From the UHGV virus genome UHGV-0072311: 11,131 bases of DNA; one strand, given 5' to 3'. This document shows positions 1 through 6,537 of this stretch, piece after piece. The notes under the pieces were generated by a model, which saw nothing but the letters and a program-made list of their open reading frames with translations, was not told where the DNA came from and did no database searches. This DNA is from a virus. The position numbers and the translations under genes are program-made. Positions within the stretch are counted from its first letter, which is position 1, and the number at the start of each line of letters is the position of its first letter.

Positions 1-133
1 TTACAGGACAATGGCAGGAGGAAGACTACAGCCCGCAATACGAAAAAGGCCGCGCTATTGCGCAGAGTGATTACTGTCGGATATTATTCGCCAGCTGAAA
101 TATTACTTCACGTTTTGTTGTTTATTCCTTGCC

Positions 134-162
134 GCCCGCGTCTCCCAGCGCGGGCTTTTTTT
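134..162 (+). terminator. Intrinsic terminator-like hairpin (GCCCGCG / loop / CGCGGGC followed by T7)
   Basis: Seen in sequence: 7-bp GC stem 134-140/149-155 with an 8-nt loop, immediately followed by TTTTTTT at 156-162. No convincing + strand gene lies upstream, so its function is unclear. Confidence 0.45.
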
Positions 163-164
163 GT

Positions 165-192
165 CCATAAGAAAGCCCCTCCGGAGAGGGGC
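165..192 (-). terminator. Terminator-like hairpin on - strand (GCCCCTC / CGGA / GAGGGGC, then UUUCUUAU)
   Basis: Seen in sequence: 7-bp GC stem 175-181/186-192 with a tetraloop. On the - strand it is followed by a T-rich but interrupted tract (rc of 165-174). It lies downstream of the pR'-like promoter in the late direction. Confidence 0.3.
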
Positions 193-625
193 TGGAGAGT
201 GGCGCTATGTGCCATTGCATGGTGCCGGGTGCCTCCCGGTGAGTTCAGTATCAGCACCTGAACCCGCACAGAAAGGATAAGGGTCGGTGACAAAACACCA
301 GTTGCTGATTGCCCCTCCGCACAGGGGGATTCACCATGCCAGTTTCTTTTAACAAACTCCCCGCAAACCAGACAACAGTCAACCGCCTGAATTGTGAGGT
401 ATTTAAAAATTTCAACGGGTAACTGATACCCTGCTAATCGCCTGATGATGGATTGTAATCAACAACAGAAAGCACCATTTCTGGCGTTAATTTTATTTCT
501 TTCATCGCTTTACCTTAGGGATAGAGCCTGTTCGCGTAGATATGACAGCCAAGAGCGGAGCGATGTTTCCACCACCATATCTCAGGCCCATATCACTAAG
601 ACTCTTGTTTTGATTGCACGCGAAT

Positions 626-650
626 GCAAAAAAGCCCACAGGAGGTGGGC
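626..650 (-). terminator. Intrinsic terminator of the short pR'-type transcript (tR'-like)
   Basis: Seen in sequence: on the - strand GCCCAC-CTCCT-GTGGGC (634-650) is followed by TTTTTT (rc of 628-633). It sits about 60 nt downstream of a consensus promoter that overlaps the Q stop codon. Confidence 0.7.
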
Positions 651-686
651 TTGTGATGGTTGCTGAATGCAAAAGCAGCAGCATAT
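628..686 (-). ncRNA. Predicted short constitutive late-leader transcript (lambda 6S-RNA analogue), about 55-60 nt
   Basis: Inference from the promoter (-10 at 693-698) and the terminator at 626-650. In lambdoid phages Q modifies RNA polymerase on this transcript so that it reads through tR'. The ends are not determined. Confidence 0.4.
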
Positions 687-689
687 GTG

Positions 690-722
690 AATATTATGGC
701 TAAATGGCTAATTGCATGTCAA
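690..722 (-). promoter_or_regulatory. pR'-like late promoter (-35 TTGACA, 18-bp spacer, -10 CATAAT), with the presumed Q-utilisation site
   Basis: Seen in sequence on the - strand: TTGACA (rc of 717-722), an 18-nt spacer, then CATAAT (rc of 693-698). The -35 lies inside the last codons of the Q-like gene (stop codon at 700-702), the same arrangement as lambda Q/pR'. Confidence 0.65.
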
Positions 723-1218
723 GGCTTTTAACAGCAACATGCTTAACTTTCTCAACACGTTTACGCATTTTGAAAGCATTTTGCATTGGTTGGTACAAAA
801 CAAATAATGACGCTTTCAGGATATCGTCAATTTCGTTTCTACAGGTTGCCAGTGAAGGTTTTCTCCATCCCTCGCCACCGCGTCCACACATCTTGCGTGG
901 CTTTGCAGTCTCGTGATAGTAGGATGCAATTGCTCTCTTAGATGAACCATGAGCGTAGTAGCTGAGGAGGATGCCAAAGGCTTTCTTGTCAATGTACATG
1001 ACGGAATCGACGACCTGAGAAATCAACATTCCATCATCATCATTACACATTGGTCTTGTCATAACTCTTCCCGGCTCTACGCTCTCCATGAACTTCGCTA
1101 TTACGCTGCTCATGCGCTTTTCCAGACGACCTGAATAAACCCATGCGCCCCACAGTTCAAGCCAGCCATTCAGCCAATCGTGCTGTTCTTTGGTGAGGTT
1201 TAGTTCTCTTATGCCCAT
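700..1218 (-). CDS. Q: Late-gene antitermination protein Q (QuuD/phage-82-like family, not lambda-Q-like)
   Basis: 172-aa ORF with an N-terminal L-x-x-WGAW motif and a CNDDDGM motif that I recall as typical of the E. coli prophage QuuD-type Q family. It sits directly after ninG, and its 3' end overlaps a consensus promoter followed by a short terminated transcript. SD GGGAG lies 5 nt before the ATG. Confidence 0.75.
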   Translation of the reverse strand: MGIRELNLTKEQHDWLNGWLELWGAWVYSGRLEKRMSSVIAKFMESVEPGRVMTRPMCNDDDGMLISQVVDSVMYIDKKAFGILLSYYAHGSSKRAIASYYHETAKPRKMCGRGGEGWRKPSLATCRNEIDDILKASLFVLYQPMQNAFKMRKRVEKVKHVAVKSLDMQLAI

Positions 1219-1261
1219 GCGACTTCTCCCTTGTTATCTGGAATGGTTTTTACTGAGAGCG

Positions 1262-1867
1262 TCATGCGGCCTCACTTCTGCTGTTTCGCAGGTCTTTGAG
1301 TTTCTGTTGGTACTCTGCCTTGATGGCCCTGCACTCTTCGACAGTCCAGCGATGGCGGTTATGGTTTGATTCGATTTCATCTACTGCTTCCTGCCCGATG
1401 CGGCTAATCAGTTCGACGCGATACGGAACGAGATTTCCGCTTTTGTGCTGGTTGCACACCACGCATTGCTTGTGAATATTGCGTTCATCAAATCGGAGTT
1501 GAGGTGCCGCAGCAGTTGTCCGGTAATGTCCGGCATCCCACTGAGCAGACGTGAGCGTTCCGCACGAGATACATGGTAAGTCGCGGTCTCTTTCTCTGAT
1601 GAAGGCGTTTACGGCTTGTTGGGCTTGTTTAATCCAGTAACTGCGGGGCTTTAAGGCGAGTTTTCGAATCTTCAGTTTATCTTTCTGTTTCTGCTCCTCT
1701 CGTCGTCGTTTCTTCTCTGCTGCTTTTTCCGCTTTTTCGCGTTCTTTACTTCGTCGTTCGAGTGCTAATTGAGTTCCGTGTTCCGGGCAGCACCACCACT
1801 GATTTGAGAATGCCGGGTGAAACCATTCCTTGCATATTTTGCATTTCCTTCGCGCTGGTTTAGCCAT
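1262..1867 (-). CDS. ninG: NinG / Rap recombination-promoting structure-specific endonuclease
   Basis: 201-aa product that closely matches my recollection of lambda NinG, including MAKPARR..., the [13 protein letters not shown] Cys-rich N-terminus and the lysine/glutamate-rich stretch. Its start codon overlaps the upstream gene's stop (TAATG). Confidence 0.9.
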   Translation of the reverse strand: MAKPARRKCKICKEWFHPAFSNQWWCCPEHGTQLALERRSKEREKAEKAAEKKRRREEQKQKDKLKIRKLALKPRSYWIKQAQQAVNAFIRERDRDLPCISCGTLTSAQWDAGHYRTTAAAPQLRFDERNIHKQCVVCNQHKSGNLVPYRVELISRIGQEAVDEIESNHNRHRWTVEECRAIKAEYQQKLKDLRNSRSEAA

Positions 1868-2589
1868 TAAGCAGCCTCCCCTGTTACTTTCAGCATTCCG
1901 TTATCGAGCAGCTTTCTGGTCAGCCACTGTTGACCACGTCCGGTGATTTTTGTGGTGAACGATATCTGTATTCCGTGATTTGTGTTGACCGCTGTTTCTT
2001 TCACTGTGAAATAGCCGCGCTCCATATATTCCTGCATTGGCACATTTCGCCGGGAACCTGAAGCGATAAGGATTTTGTGATCGCGCATCCACGCAAACAG
2101 TTTGTTTGGACCAATTCCAACAACCTTTGCATAGTTTCCAATCAAAATTCCGCTGGCCTCGCCAACGCGATCGGCAAACTCAACTTTAGGTGCTGCGAGA
2201 GCAAGCTGTTTCTCCAGTTCAGCCTTCTGGTCTTCAAGGTCGGCCGCAAGGCGCAATGCCTCAGAAAAGGTTTGTGGTATTTTCGCGGTTGCCCCTTCGA
2301 GTTCTCGCCAACGGTCAACAAGACGAGCGGTGAATTCCGGCGACAACTGAGCGACGACAATAATGCTGTCTCGCTTACCTTGTTCGCCTTCGAATATATA
2401 CACGCTTGTGAATTTGTTAGGGCTAATTGTTTGTTTATTTTCAACTTTTTGCATTGGAGGAAGTTGAATCACCCCACGCTTTGCCAGACGTTCTATTGAT
2501 ATTCTGACATTACCGTGTTGGCTTCCCACCAACTCAGCGATTTCAATGCTTGTCATTTTGATGACGTTGCTATTTATCAGCTCATTCAT
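1867..2589 (-). CDS. Phage regulatory protein, Rha-family N-terminal domain plus KilA-C (antirepressor-type) C-terminal domain
   Basis: The N-terminus ([24 protein letters not shown]) resembles the Rha domain, and the C-terminal half (PKVEFADRV...[16 protein letters not shown]) resembles the antirepressor KilAC domain. I chose the ATG at 2589 because GAGAGGA lies 8 nt upstream; the in-frame ATG at 2595 has only a 2-nt spacer. The stop overlaps the ninG start. Confidence 0.7.
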   Translation of the reverse strand: MNELINSNVIKMTSIEIAELVGSQHGNVRISIERLAKRGVIQLPPMQKVENKQTISPNKFTSVYIFEGEQGKRDSIIVVAQLSPEFTARLVDRWRELEGATAKIPQTFSEALRLAADLEDQKAELEKQLALAAPKVEFADRVGEASGILIGNYAKVVGIGPNKLFAWMRDHKILIASGSRRNVPMQEYMERGYFTVKETAVNTNHGIQISFTTKITGRGQQWLTRKLLDNGMLKVTGEAA

Positions 2590-2620
2590 TGTCATGTCCT
2601 CTCATATTGAAAATTCAGCA

Positions 2621-2645
2621 ATAAAAAACCCAGCCGAAGCTGGGT
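2621..2645 (-). terminator. Intrinsic terminator between the ORF6N gene and the Rha gene
   Basis: Seen in sequence: on the - strand CCCAGC-TTCG-GCTGGG (2628-2643) is followed by TTTTTT (rc of 2622-2627). Confidence 0.6.
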
Positions 2646-2663
2646 TTGTTAAGTTGTCAATTG

Positions 2664-3341
2664 TCAGTAGCGATGCAGTGAAGGCGGCAACTCTTTGTTC
2701 TTAAGCCTTTCCCATGCCAGAAGGTTCGTCGGCCCGTCAGGCTCATAAATATCTATATCCCGCGTGTGATTAATTAAAACGCCCCTCGCCCTCCCGATGA
2801 TATACGAGAACTCATAGCCGTAGTCGTGGCATATGCCGGAATAGCCAGACTGAATCAGTTTTAATGCGGGATACAACTCACGGAACAATGCCTGTGAGCG
2901 GTTGGCATAATCCCACAGCCATACAAGGCTGTCTGTTTCTTTTGCGGAAAGCCCGTTGAGCTTCTTCTCTTGTTTACCAGTATTTTTCTCGCACTGGCTG
3001 AAATAGCAGTCTTCCAGTTTTTCGAACACATCCCACGCCTGATCGGTTTCTAGCATTTTGGCGTGACGGGCTGCGCCTCGTTCTGTCCAGAGGATGAGGT
3101 GCTTTGCTCGCGGTGCAACTAAGTTACTGTGAGTAACCTTGTTCTTAAATTCCCGCAATTCACCACCCTCCAGTTTAAAGTAGTGCTTACCACAAACAAA
3201 ACGCCCGGCATTGCGCGTATAGTTCACTTTAATGTTGTTGGTCTCAGTGCCGTAAAGTCGTGCCAGTAGTTCGGTAGTGATGACGGGGATGTGGTTATAG
3301 GTAATTGGGGAAAGAGTTTCAACGGAAATTTGAGTCGCCAT
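2664..3341 (-). CDS. ORF6N-domain DNA-binding protein (Roi/antirepressor-like)
   Basis: 225-aa ORF whose N-terminal segment [40 protein letters not shown] fits the ORF6N (KilA-N-related) pattern LYGV.T..LN..V.RN..RF. SD GAGGG lies 8 nt upstream. The Roi assignment is from memory and not verified. Confidence 0.6.
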   Translation of the reverse strand: MATQISVETLSPITYNHIPVITTELLARLYGTETNNIKVNYTRNAGRFVCGKHYFKLEGGELREFKNKVTHSNLVAPRAKHLILWTERGAARHAKMLETDQAWDVFEKLEDCYFSQCEKNTGKQEKKLNGLSAKETDSLVWLWDYANRSQALFRELYPALKLIQSGYSGICHDYGYEFSYIIGRARGVLINHTRDIDIYEPDGPTNLLAWERLKNKELPPSLHRY

Positions 3342-3503
3342 GACAACGCCCTCTGGTTGATGAATTTAACTATCACCACCGTCAGGTGCAAATCTTTGGG
3401 TGGTGAGACGTACAGGGTTTGCACTACCGGATCAACCAACCGGCGAGCCTTTCGGCTCCCCCATACGCCCCACCATAATTCAGATGTGCGTGTGCTTACG
3501 ACA

Positions 3504-3527
3504 ACAAAAAACACGCTCGCGGCGTGT
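3504..3527 (-). terminator. Intrinsic terminator on the - strand (ACACGC-CGCGA-GCGTGT then U5GUUGU)
   Basis: Seen in sequence: 6-bp stem 3511-3516/3522-3527, followed on the - strand by TTTTTGTTGT. It would stop - strand transcription that runs antisense through the + strand island before it reaches the ORF6N gene. Confidence 0.5.
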
Positions 3528-3609
3528 GTCTGTCGCGGTTGAATATCCGGGGTGCAAATCCCGACGCCAGATTTTGCTGGCGTGCGAAGAATATAATCCC
3601 GGATATGTG

Positions 3610-3650
3610 TTGTCGTCAACATACCTTGAATGTATATAACAAATTTGTTA
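3610..3650 (+). promoter_or_regulatory. Candidate promoter (TTGTCG, 17 bp, TATATA) and 14-bp perfect palindrome TAACAAATTTGTTA, a likely operator for the toxin-antitoxin operon
   Basis: Seen in sequence: -35-like TTGTCG at 3610-3615 and -10-like TATATA at 3633-3638. The perfect palindrome at 3637-3650 overlaps the -10 and the first toxin ATG, which is the usual layout for autoregulation by an HTH antitoxin. Confidence 0.4.
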
Positions 3651-3991
3651 TGTTTACTCTCATGAACTACATTATCGAATACTACAGTGACGAGGTTGAA
3701 GCTGAGATCCTTTCTCTTCCTGAGACCTTACAAGCCCGGTACATTCGGTACACGGAGAAAATGCGTATTTACGGAGCTAATCTTGGTTCCCCGCATACAG
3801 AGGCATTTGGCGACGGTTTGTTTGAAATCCGCCTTAAGGGCTCGGAAGGCATAGGGCGTGTTTTTTACTGCACGCTAAAAGGAAAGCGAATCATTATGTT
3901 GCATAGCTTTGTAAAGAAAACGCAAAAAACTCCACCTGCCGAGCTTAGAAAAGCTGAAACCAGAATGAAGGAGGTTAAGCATGACTGGTAA
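3650..3991 (+). CDS. Type II toxin, RelE/ParE superfamily (Gp49/HigB-like 'addiction module killer')
   Basis: The product carries the signature ...DGLFEIRLKG...GRVFYC...RIIMLHSFVKKTQKTPPAEL... typical of Gp49-like toxins. The toxin gene is upstream and its stop overlaps the antitoxin start by 11 bp. The start is uncertain between the ATG at 3650 and the in-frame ATG at 3662; neither has a clear SD. Confidence 0.75.
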   Translation: MFTLMNYIIEYYSDEVEAEILSLPETLQARYIRYTEKMRIYGANLGSPHTEAFGDGLFEIRLKGSEGIGRVFYCTLKGKRIIMLHSFVKKTQKTPPAELRKAETRMKEVKHDW

Positions 3992-4289
3992 ACGTACCCC
4001 ACCTACCATGACACACGATGAAATGGTAGAAAAAATGTTGTCTAACCCCGCAGTAAAAGCAGAATACGACGCCATCGCCGATGAATTCGCACTACTTGAT
4101 GAAATGCTGGCAGCACGAAAAGAAGCTGGCTTAACCCAGGCTGAAGTTGCTGAACGTATGGGAACAAAAGCGACTGCGATAACCAGAATGGAAAGCAATC
4201 TTGCATCAGGTACAAGCGGCCCATCATTTGCCACACTGAAAAAATTCGCCCGTGCTACAGGGAAAAAACTCCAGATCCGCTTCGTTTAA
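3981..4289 (+). CDS. HTH (XRE-type) antitoxin, HigA-like 'addiction module antidote'
   Basis: 102-aa product with the helix-turn-helix motif GLTQAEVAERMGTKATAITRME and a C-terminus ending LKKFARATGKKLQIRF, typical of antitoxins paired with Gp49/HigB-like toxins. A strong SD GGAGG lies 6 nt before the ATG. Confidence 0.8.
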   Translation: MTGKRTPPTMTHDEMVEKMLSNPAVKAEYDAIADEFALLDEMLAARKEAGLTQAEVAERMGTKATAITRMESNLASGTSGPSFATLKKFARATGKKLQIRFV

Positions 4290-4301
4290 CTCTCCACTAC
4301 C

Positions 4302-4326
4302 GCGCCGTCATTCTGGCGGCGCTTTA
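4302..4326 (+). terminator. Weak terminator-like hairpin after the antitoxin gene
   Basis: Seen in sequence: 8-bp stem with one G-U pair (4302-4309/4315-4322) followed by TTTA. The U-tract is short, so this is low confidence. Confidence 0.3.
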
Positions 4327-4343
4327 CCCCAGAGAAATATCAA

Positions 4344-4589
4344 TCACCGGATTACCACATCCCACTCCGGCTCCTGCCATCTCAAATCCGGTGAATCATT
4401 TCTCTCAGGAATAACCATTACGTCCTTTTCCCTTCGCTCCCTTTCTATCGCCATCACAGCCAATGCTGCAACCATGATGTATTTTTGTTCGTCGGTTCCT
4501 GTTTCATAACGACGCATGAGGGTAAACTCGGGGCGATCAGTAACCTCAATGATTTCGTTAATTTCTTTAATTTCGCGAGGAATATCCAT
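4344..4589 (-). CDS. Hypothetical acidic protein (81 aa)
   Basis: The ORF begins MDIPREIKEINEIIEV... and has an excellent SD, AAGGAG, 8 nt upstream on the - strand. Its ATG overlaps head-to-head with the ATG of the DUF4145 gene at CCATGG (4586-4591). I recognise no family. Confidence 0.45.
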   Translation of the reverse strand: MDIPREIKEINEIIEVTDRPEFTLMRRYETGTDEQKYIMVAALAVMAIERERREKDVMVIPERNDSPDLRWQEPEWDVVIR

Positions 4590-5262
4590 GGGTTTAGTCT
4601 CCTTTGATATCACATGCCCGCACTGTTTAAAAGAGCGAGCTGTTATTGAGGCATTTGCCGAAAAACAAATTGAAAAAACACCTTTTTTTAACGTCGCTTT
4701 TGTATGCAGAAGTTGTCATCGAGGAGGTGTTGCTATTGTTGAAATCCCATCAGACCACTATCACGGTCCCATGGCGGAAAGCCAGAAAAAAGACCTCGAT
4801 ATTCTGATTTCAGGAAATAGCCAGTACCGTTTCCGCAAGATCTATCCTGTGGTCAAAAAAATTACCGCACCAGAATATACGCCCCCGGTTGCAGACCGTA
4901 CTTTTGTTGAGGCAAAAGAGGATTTACAGAGGAGGCGGTACGACACAGTGGTTATTCTTTGTCGCAGAGTCCTCGATATCTCCACGAAAAAACTGCTCGG
5001 CGATGAAGCAGGAAAAGAATCGCTGTCGCAACGTATTCAGATGATTTACAAAAAAGGCCTGATCACTGAACAGATGAAGGAATGGGCTCATATTGTACGA
5101 ATTGATGCCAATAAAGCAGTTCATACAGATGAAGTTTTCACACCAATTGAGGCAAGCCAGATCCTGAGTTTTACCGAAATGTTTTTAGTCTACGCCTTCA
5201 CTCTGCCTGCAATGGTGGAAGCCAGACGTGAACAAAAAAGATCAGATTCAGCCTCTATATGA
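4588..5262 (+). CDS. Zinc-ribbon plus DUF4145-like (HEPN-superfamily-like) protein; candidate abortive-infection/defence effector
   Basis: The N-terminus has two Cys pairs (CPHC ... CRSCH), consistent with a zinc ribbon. The C-terminus carries EWAHIVRIDANKAVH followed by a hydrophobic helix, matching the DUF4145 pattern wA..iR..GN.aaH as I recall it. SD GAGG lies 5 nt before the ATG at 4588; the upstream in-frame ATGs at 4516 and 4549 lack one. Confidence 0.65.
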   Translation: MGLVSFDITCPHCLKERAVIEAFAEKQIEKTPFFNVAFVCRSCHRGGVAIVEIPSDHYHGPMAESQKKDLDILISGNSQYRFRKIYPVVKKITAPEYTPPVADRTFVEAKEDLQRRRYDTVVILCRRVLDISTKKLLGDEAGKESLSQRIQMIYKKGLITEQMKEWAHIVRIDANKAVHTDEVFTPIEASQILSFTEMFLVYAFTLPAMVEARREQKRSDSASI

Positions 5263-5284
5263 ATCACTTTTCTGAACACGTAAG

Positions 5285-5305
5285 CCCCCGTCATTCACGA
5301 CGGGG
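5285..5305. other. GC-rich hairpin between convergent genes (CCCCGTC-ATTCAC-GACGGGG), no U-tract
   Basis: Seen in sequence: 7-bp stem overlapping the stop codon of the - strand gene and lying between the convergent DUF4145 and HTH genes. With no U-run on either strand it is not a canonical intrinsic terminator. Confidence 0.3.
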
Positions 5306-5726
5306 AGAACATCAATCCCTCTGCACTCCCTCGCCAGAATGCCAGCACACGCTGCATCGTTTCGCTGTTACGGCACTCGCGACAAATTGTGTTGTAGCGT
5401 CTGTCGTAGCGCCGTATTTCCCCATCTGGTAATGCCCGGATAAGGTCTGGATCAACGACAACCGGTTTCTTCGACTTTGCCCTTGAGAGTTTTTTGCGGG
5501 CATTTTGCCAGTCCTTACGAGCCTGTTCAGACGGGAATACTCCGTAACCGGAATTGTAAACATCACCACTGGCGGCCAGCTCCATGCATAAACGACCGAC
5601 AGACGCATGACTGACACCAATTTCATCCGATAACTGCCGAATCGTGCCTCGTCCGTTAAGGCGTACGAATTCCACGATCAGCCCCTTAATTTTTTCCCGC
5701 TCTTCTGGTGTAAATGCTCTTGTCAT
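5295..5726 (-). CDS. Hypothetical HTH-containing protein (143 aa)
   Basis: The ORF has an SD GGAGG 5 nt upstream of the ATG at 5726; the GTG at 5732 used by the ORF track is less likely. A helix-turn-helix-like segment (GTIRQLSDEIGVSHASVGRLCMELAASG) is present, and the C-terminus has a CRECRN motif. It sits in the nin-equivalent region. Confidence 0.55.
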   Translation of the reverse strand: MTRAFTPEEREKIKGLIVEFVRLNGRGTIRQLSDEIGVSHASVGRLCMELAASGDVYNSGYGVFPSEQARKDWQNARKKLSRAKSKKPVVVDPDLIRALPDGEIRRYDRRYNTICRECRNSETMQRVLAFWRGSAEGLMFSPS

Positions 5727-5741
5727 AAGCACCTCCGGAGA

Positions 5742-6512
5742 TCACTTTGTTGTCGGTGAATGAACCGGAATATCAGCAATCGAACTGAAAATATCCCGGT
5801 GTTTATTCAGCTCCCGCAGCGCGGCGCAGACTCGCTCCCACTTCTGAACATCACTTTTCGCCCTGCGCAGCGCCAGGTTTGCCCTGCGCAGGGACGGAAA
5901 AATCAGCTCATCTGCTTGCGTTTCGGTAAACGATGGCAACGACTGCACAATGTCCGCCACAGTTTCTGTTTTAATTTCTTCCTGTGTTGCGGCTTCCCGG
6001 ACTGGTAACGCAGCACCTGCTGGCTGAGGAAAGGCCTTACCATCATTTTCCGTTACCGGCGCGGTTTTCGGATCTGCTGGTAAATTACCCCCCGGCATGC
6101 AGTAACGAAATTTACCGTTCTGATTAACGCGTGCCAGCCGCCCCGTTGCGGTTACCACCGCCAGCGTGGAAGCAACCTTGCGAGTGGTAACTCCGAACTT
6201 ACCCGCTATTTCTTCACAGGTTTTAGCCCCCTCCTGAGAGATAAACTCAATCATCATGTCAGCGCTAACTTTTGGAGCGACCTCTTCGGTCAGCATATCC
6301 TGTGTTTCAGATTTTACTGGCCGCTCTTCGGTTACCCCAGCTTCACCTTCGACAGCCAGAAACCAGGTGTGACCCGTTTTATCAACAACGCCATTTTTTT
6401 TGAGCTCCCACAGTTCGTTGAGAACTTCTTCACGGCTGATATCAAGCCGCGCCGCCAGTTCAACAGAATTGGCTTTTCCCATCGCTTTCAGTGCATGCAA
6501 TACGGTTTCCAT
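5742..6512 (-). CDS. Hypothetical protein with two winged-helix-like segments (256 aa)
   Basis: Two segments resemble wHTH recognition helices (SVELAARLDISREEVLNELWELKKNGVV and TCEEIAGKFGVTTRKVASTLAVVTATGRLARV). It lies immediately downstream of the DnaC-like gene with a 25-bp gap. I recognise no specific family. Confidence 0.55.
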   Translation of the reverse strand: METVLHALKAMGKANSVELAARLDISREEVLNELWELKKNGVVDKTGHTWFLAVEGEAGVTEERPVKSETQDMLTEEVAPKVSADMMIEFISQEGAKTCEEIAGKFGVTTRKVASTLAVVTATGRLARVNQNGKFRYCMPGGNLPADPKTAPVTENDGKAFPQPAGAALPVREAATQEEIKTETVADIVQSLPSFTETQADELIFPSLRRANLALRRAKSDVQKWERVCAALRELNKHRDIFSSIADIPVHSPTTK

Positions 6513-6537
6513 CGAAAATTTACCTCGTCAAAAATTC

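Noticed and set aside
58-293. ORFs 58..261 (+) and 108..293 (-) in the region downstream of tR'
   Set aside because: Both overlap the two GC hairpins and each other, lack a convincing ribosome-binding site, and their products are low-complexity with no recognisable family. They are most likely non-coding.
296-620. Possible tRNA genes or an stx-like cargo between Q/tR' and the window start, as seen in some Stx phages
   Set aside because: I found no T-arm (GGTTCGANTCC) or D-arm consensus on either strand and no ORF of suitable size. This is a manual scan only; tRNAscan-SE would settle it.
445-684. ORFs 445..666 (+) and 502..684 (-)
   Set aside because: The - strand ORF begins inside the pR'-tR' short transcript and spans the terminator. 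The + strand ORF has no RBS and is antisense to the late leader. Both are likely spurious.
704-1134. + strand ORFs 704..916 and 949..1134 inside the Q gene
   Set aside because: These are antisense shadow ORFs within a well-supported - strand gene, with no RBS.
1901-2499. ORFs 1901..2092 (-), 2077..2499 (+) and 2142..2444 (-) overlapping the Rha/KilAC gene
   Set aside because: They are alternative-frame or antisense ORFs inside a longer gene with recognisable domains.
3224-3639. ORFs 3224..3622 (-), 3291..3542 (+) and 3400..3639 (+) in the divergent region between the ORF6N gene and the toxin
   Set aside because: No RBS and low-complexity products. They overlap the - strand terminator and the promoter/operator region, so the region is better explained as regulatory DNA.
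3524-3649. Upstream extension of the toxin ORF (start at 3524 as in the ORF track)
   Set aside because: The extension would run through the predicted promoter and the palindromic operator. The conserved Gp49/HigB-like domain begins at the ATG at 3650 or 3662.
3875-4236. - strand ORFs 3875..4234 and 4042..4236 antisense to the toxin-antitoxin genes
   Set aside because: These are shadow ORFs opposite a strongly supported toxin-antitoxin pair, with no RBS.
4252-4587. + strand ORF 4252..4509 and the upstream in-frame starts of the DUF4145 ORF at 4516 and 4549
   Set aside because: There is no SD before either upstream start, whereas GAGG precedes the ATG at 4588. The extension would overlap the - strand 81-aa ORF across most of its length.
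4924-5626. ORFs 4924..5124 (-) and 5312..5626 (-)
   Set aside because: These are out-of-frame or antisense ORFs nested within the DUF4145 and HTH genes.
5727-5732. GTG start at 5732 for the 143-aa HTH gene
   Set aside because: The ATG at 5726 is better positioned, 5 nt after GGAGG; the GTG would leave no spacer.
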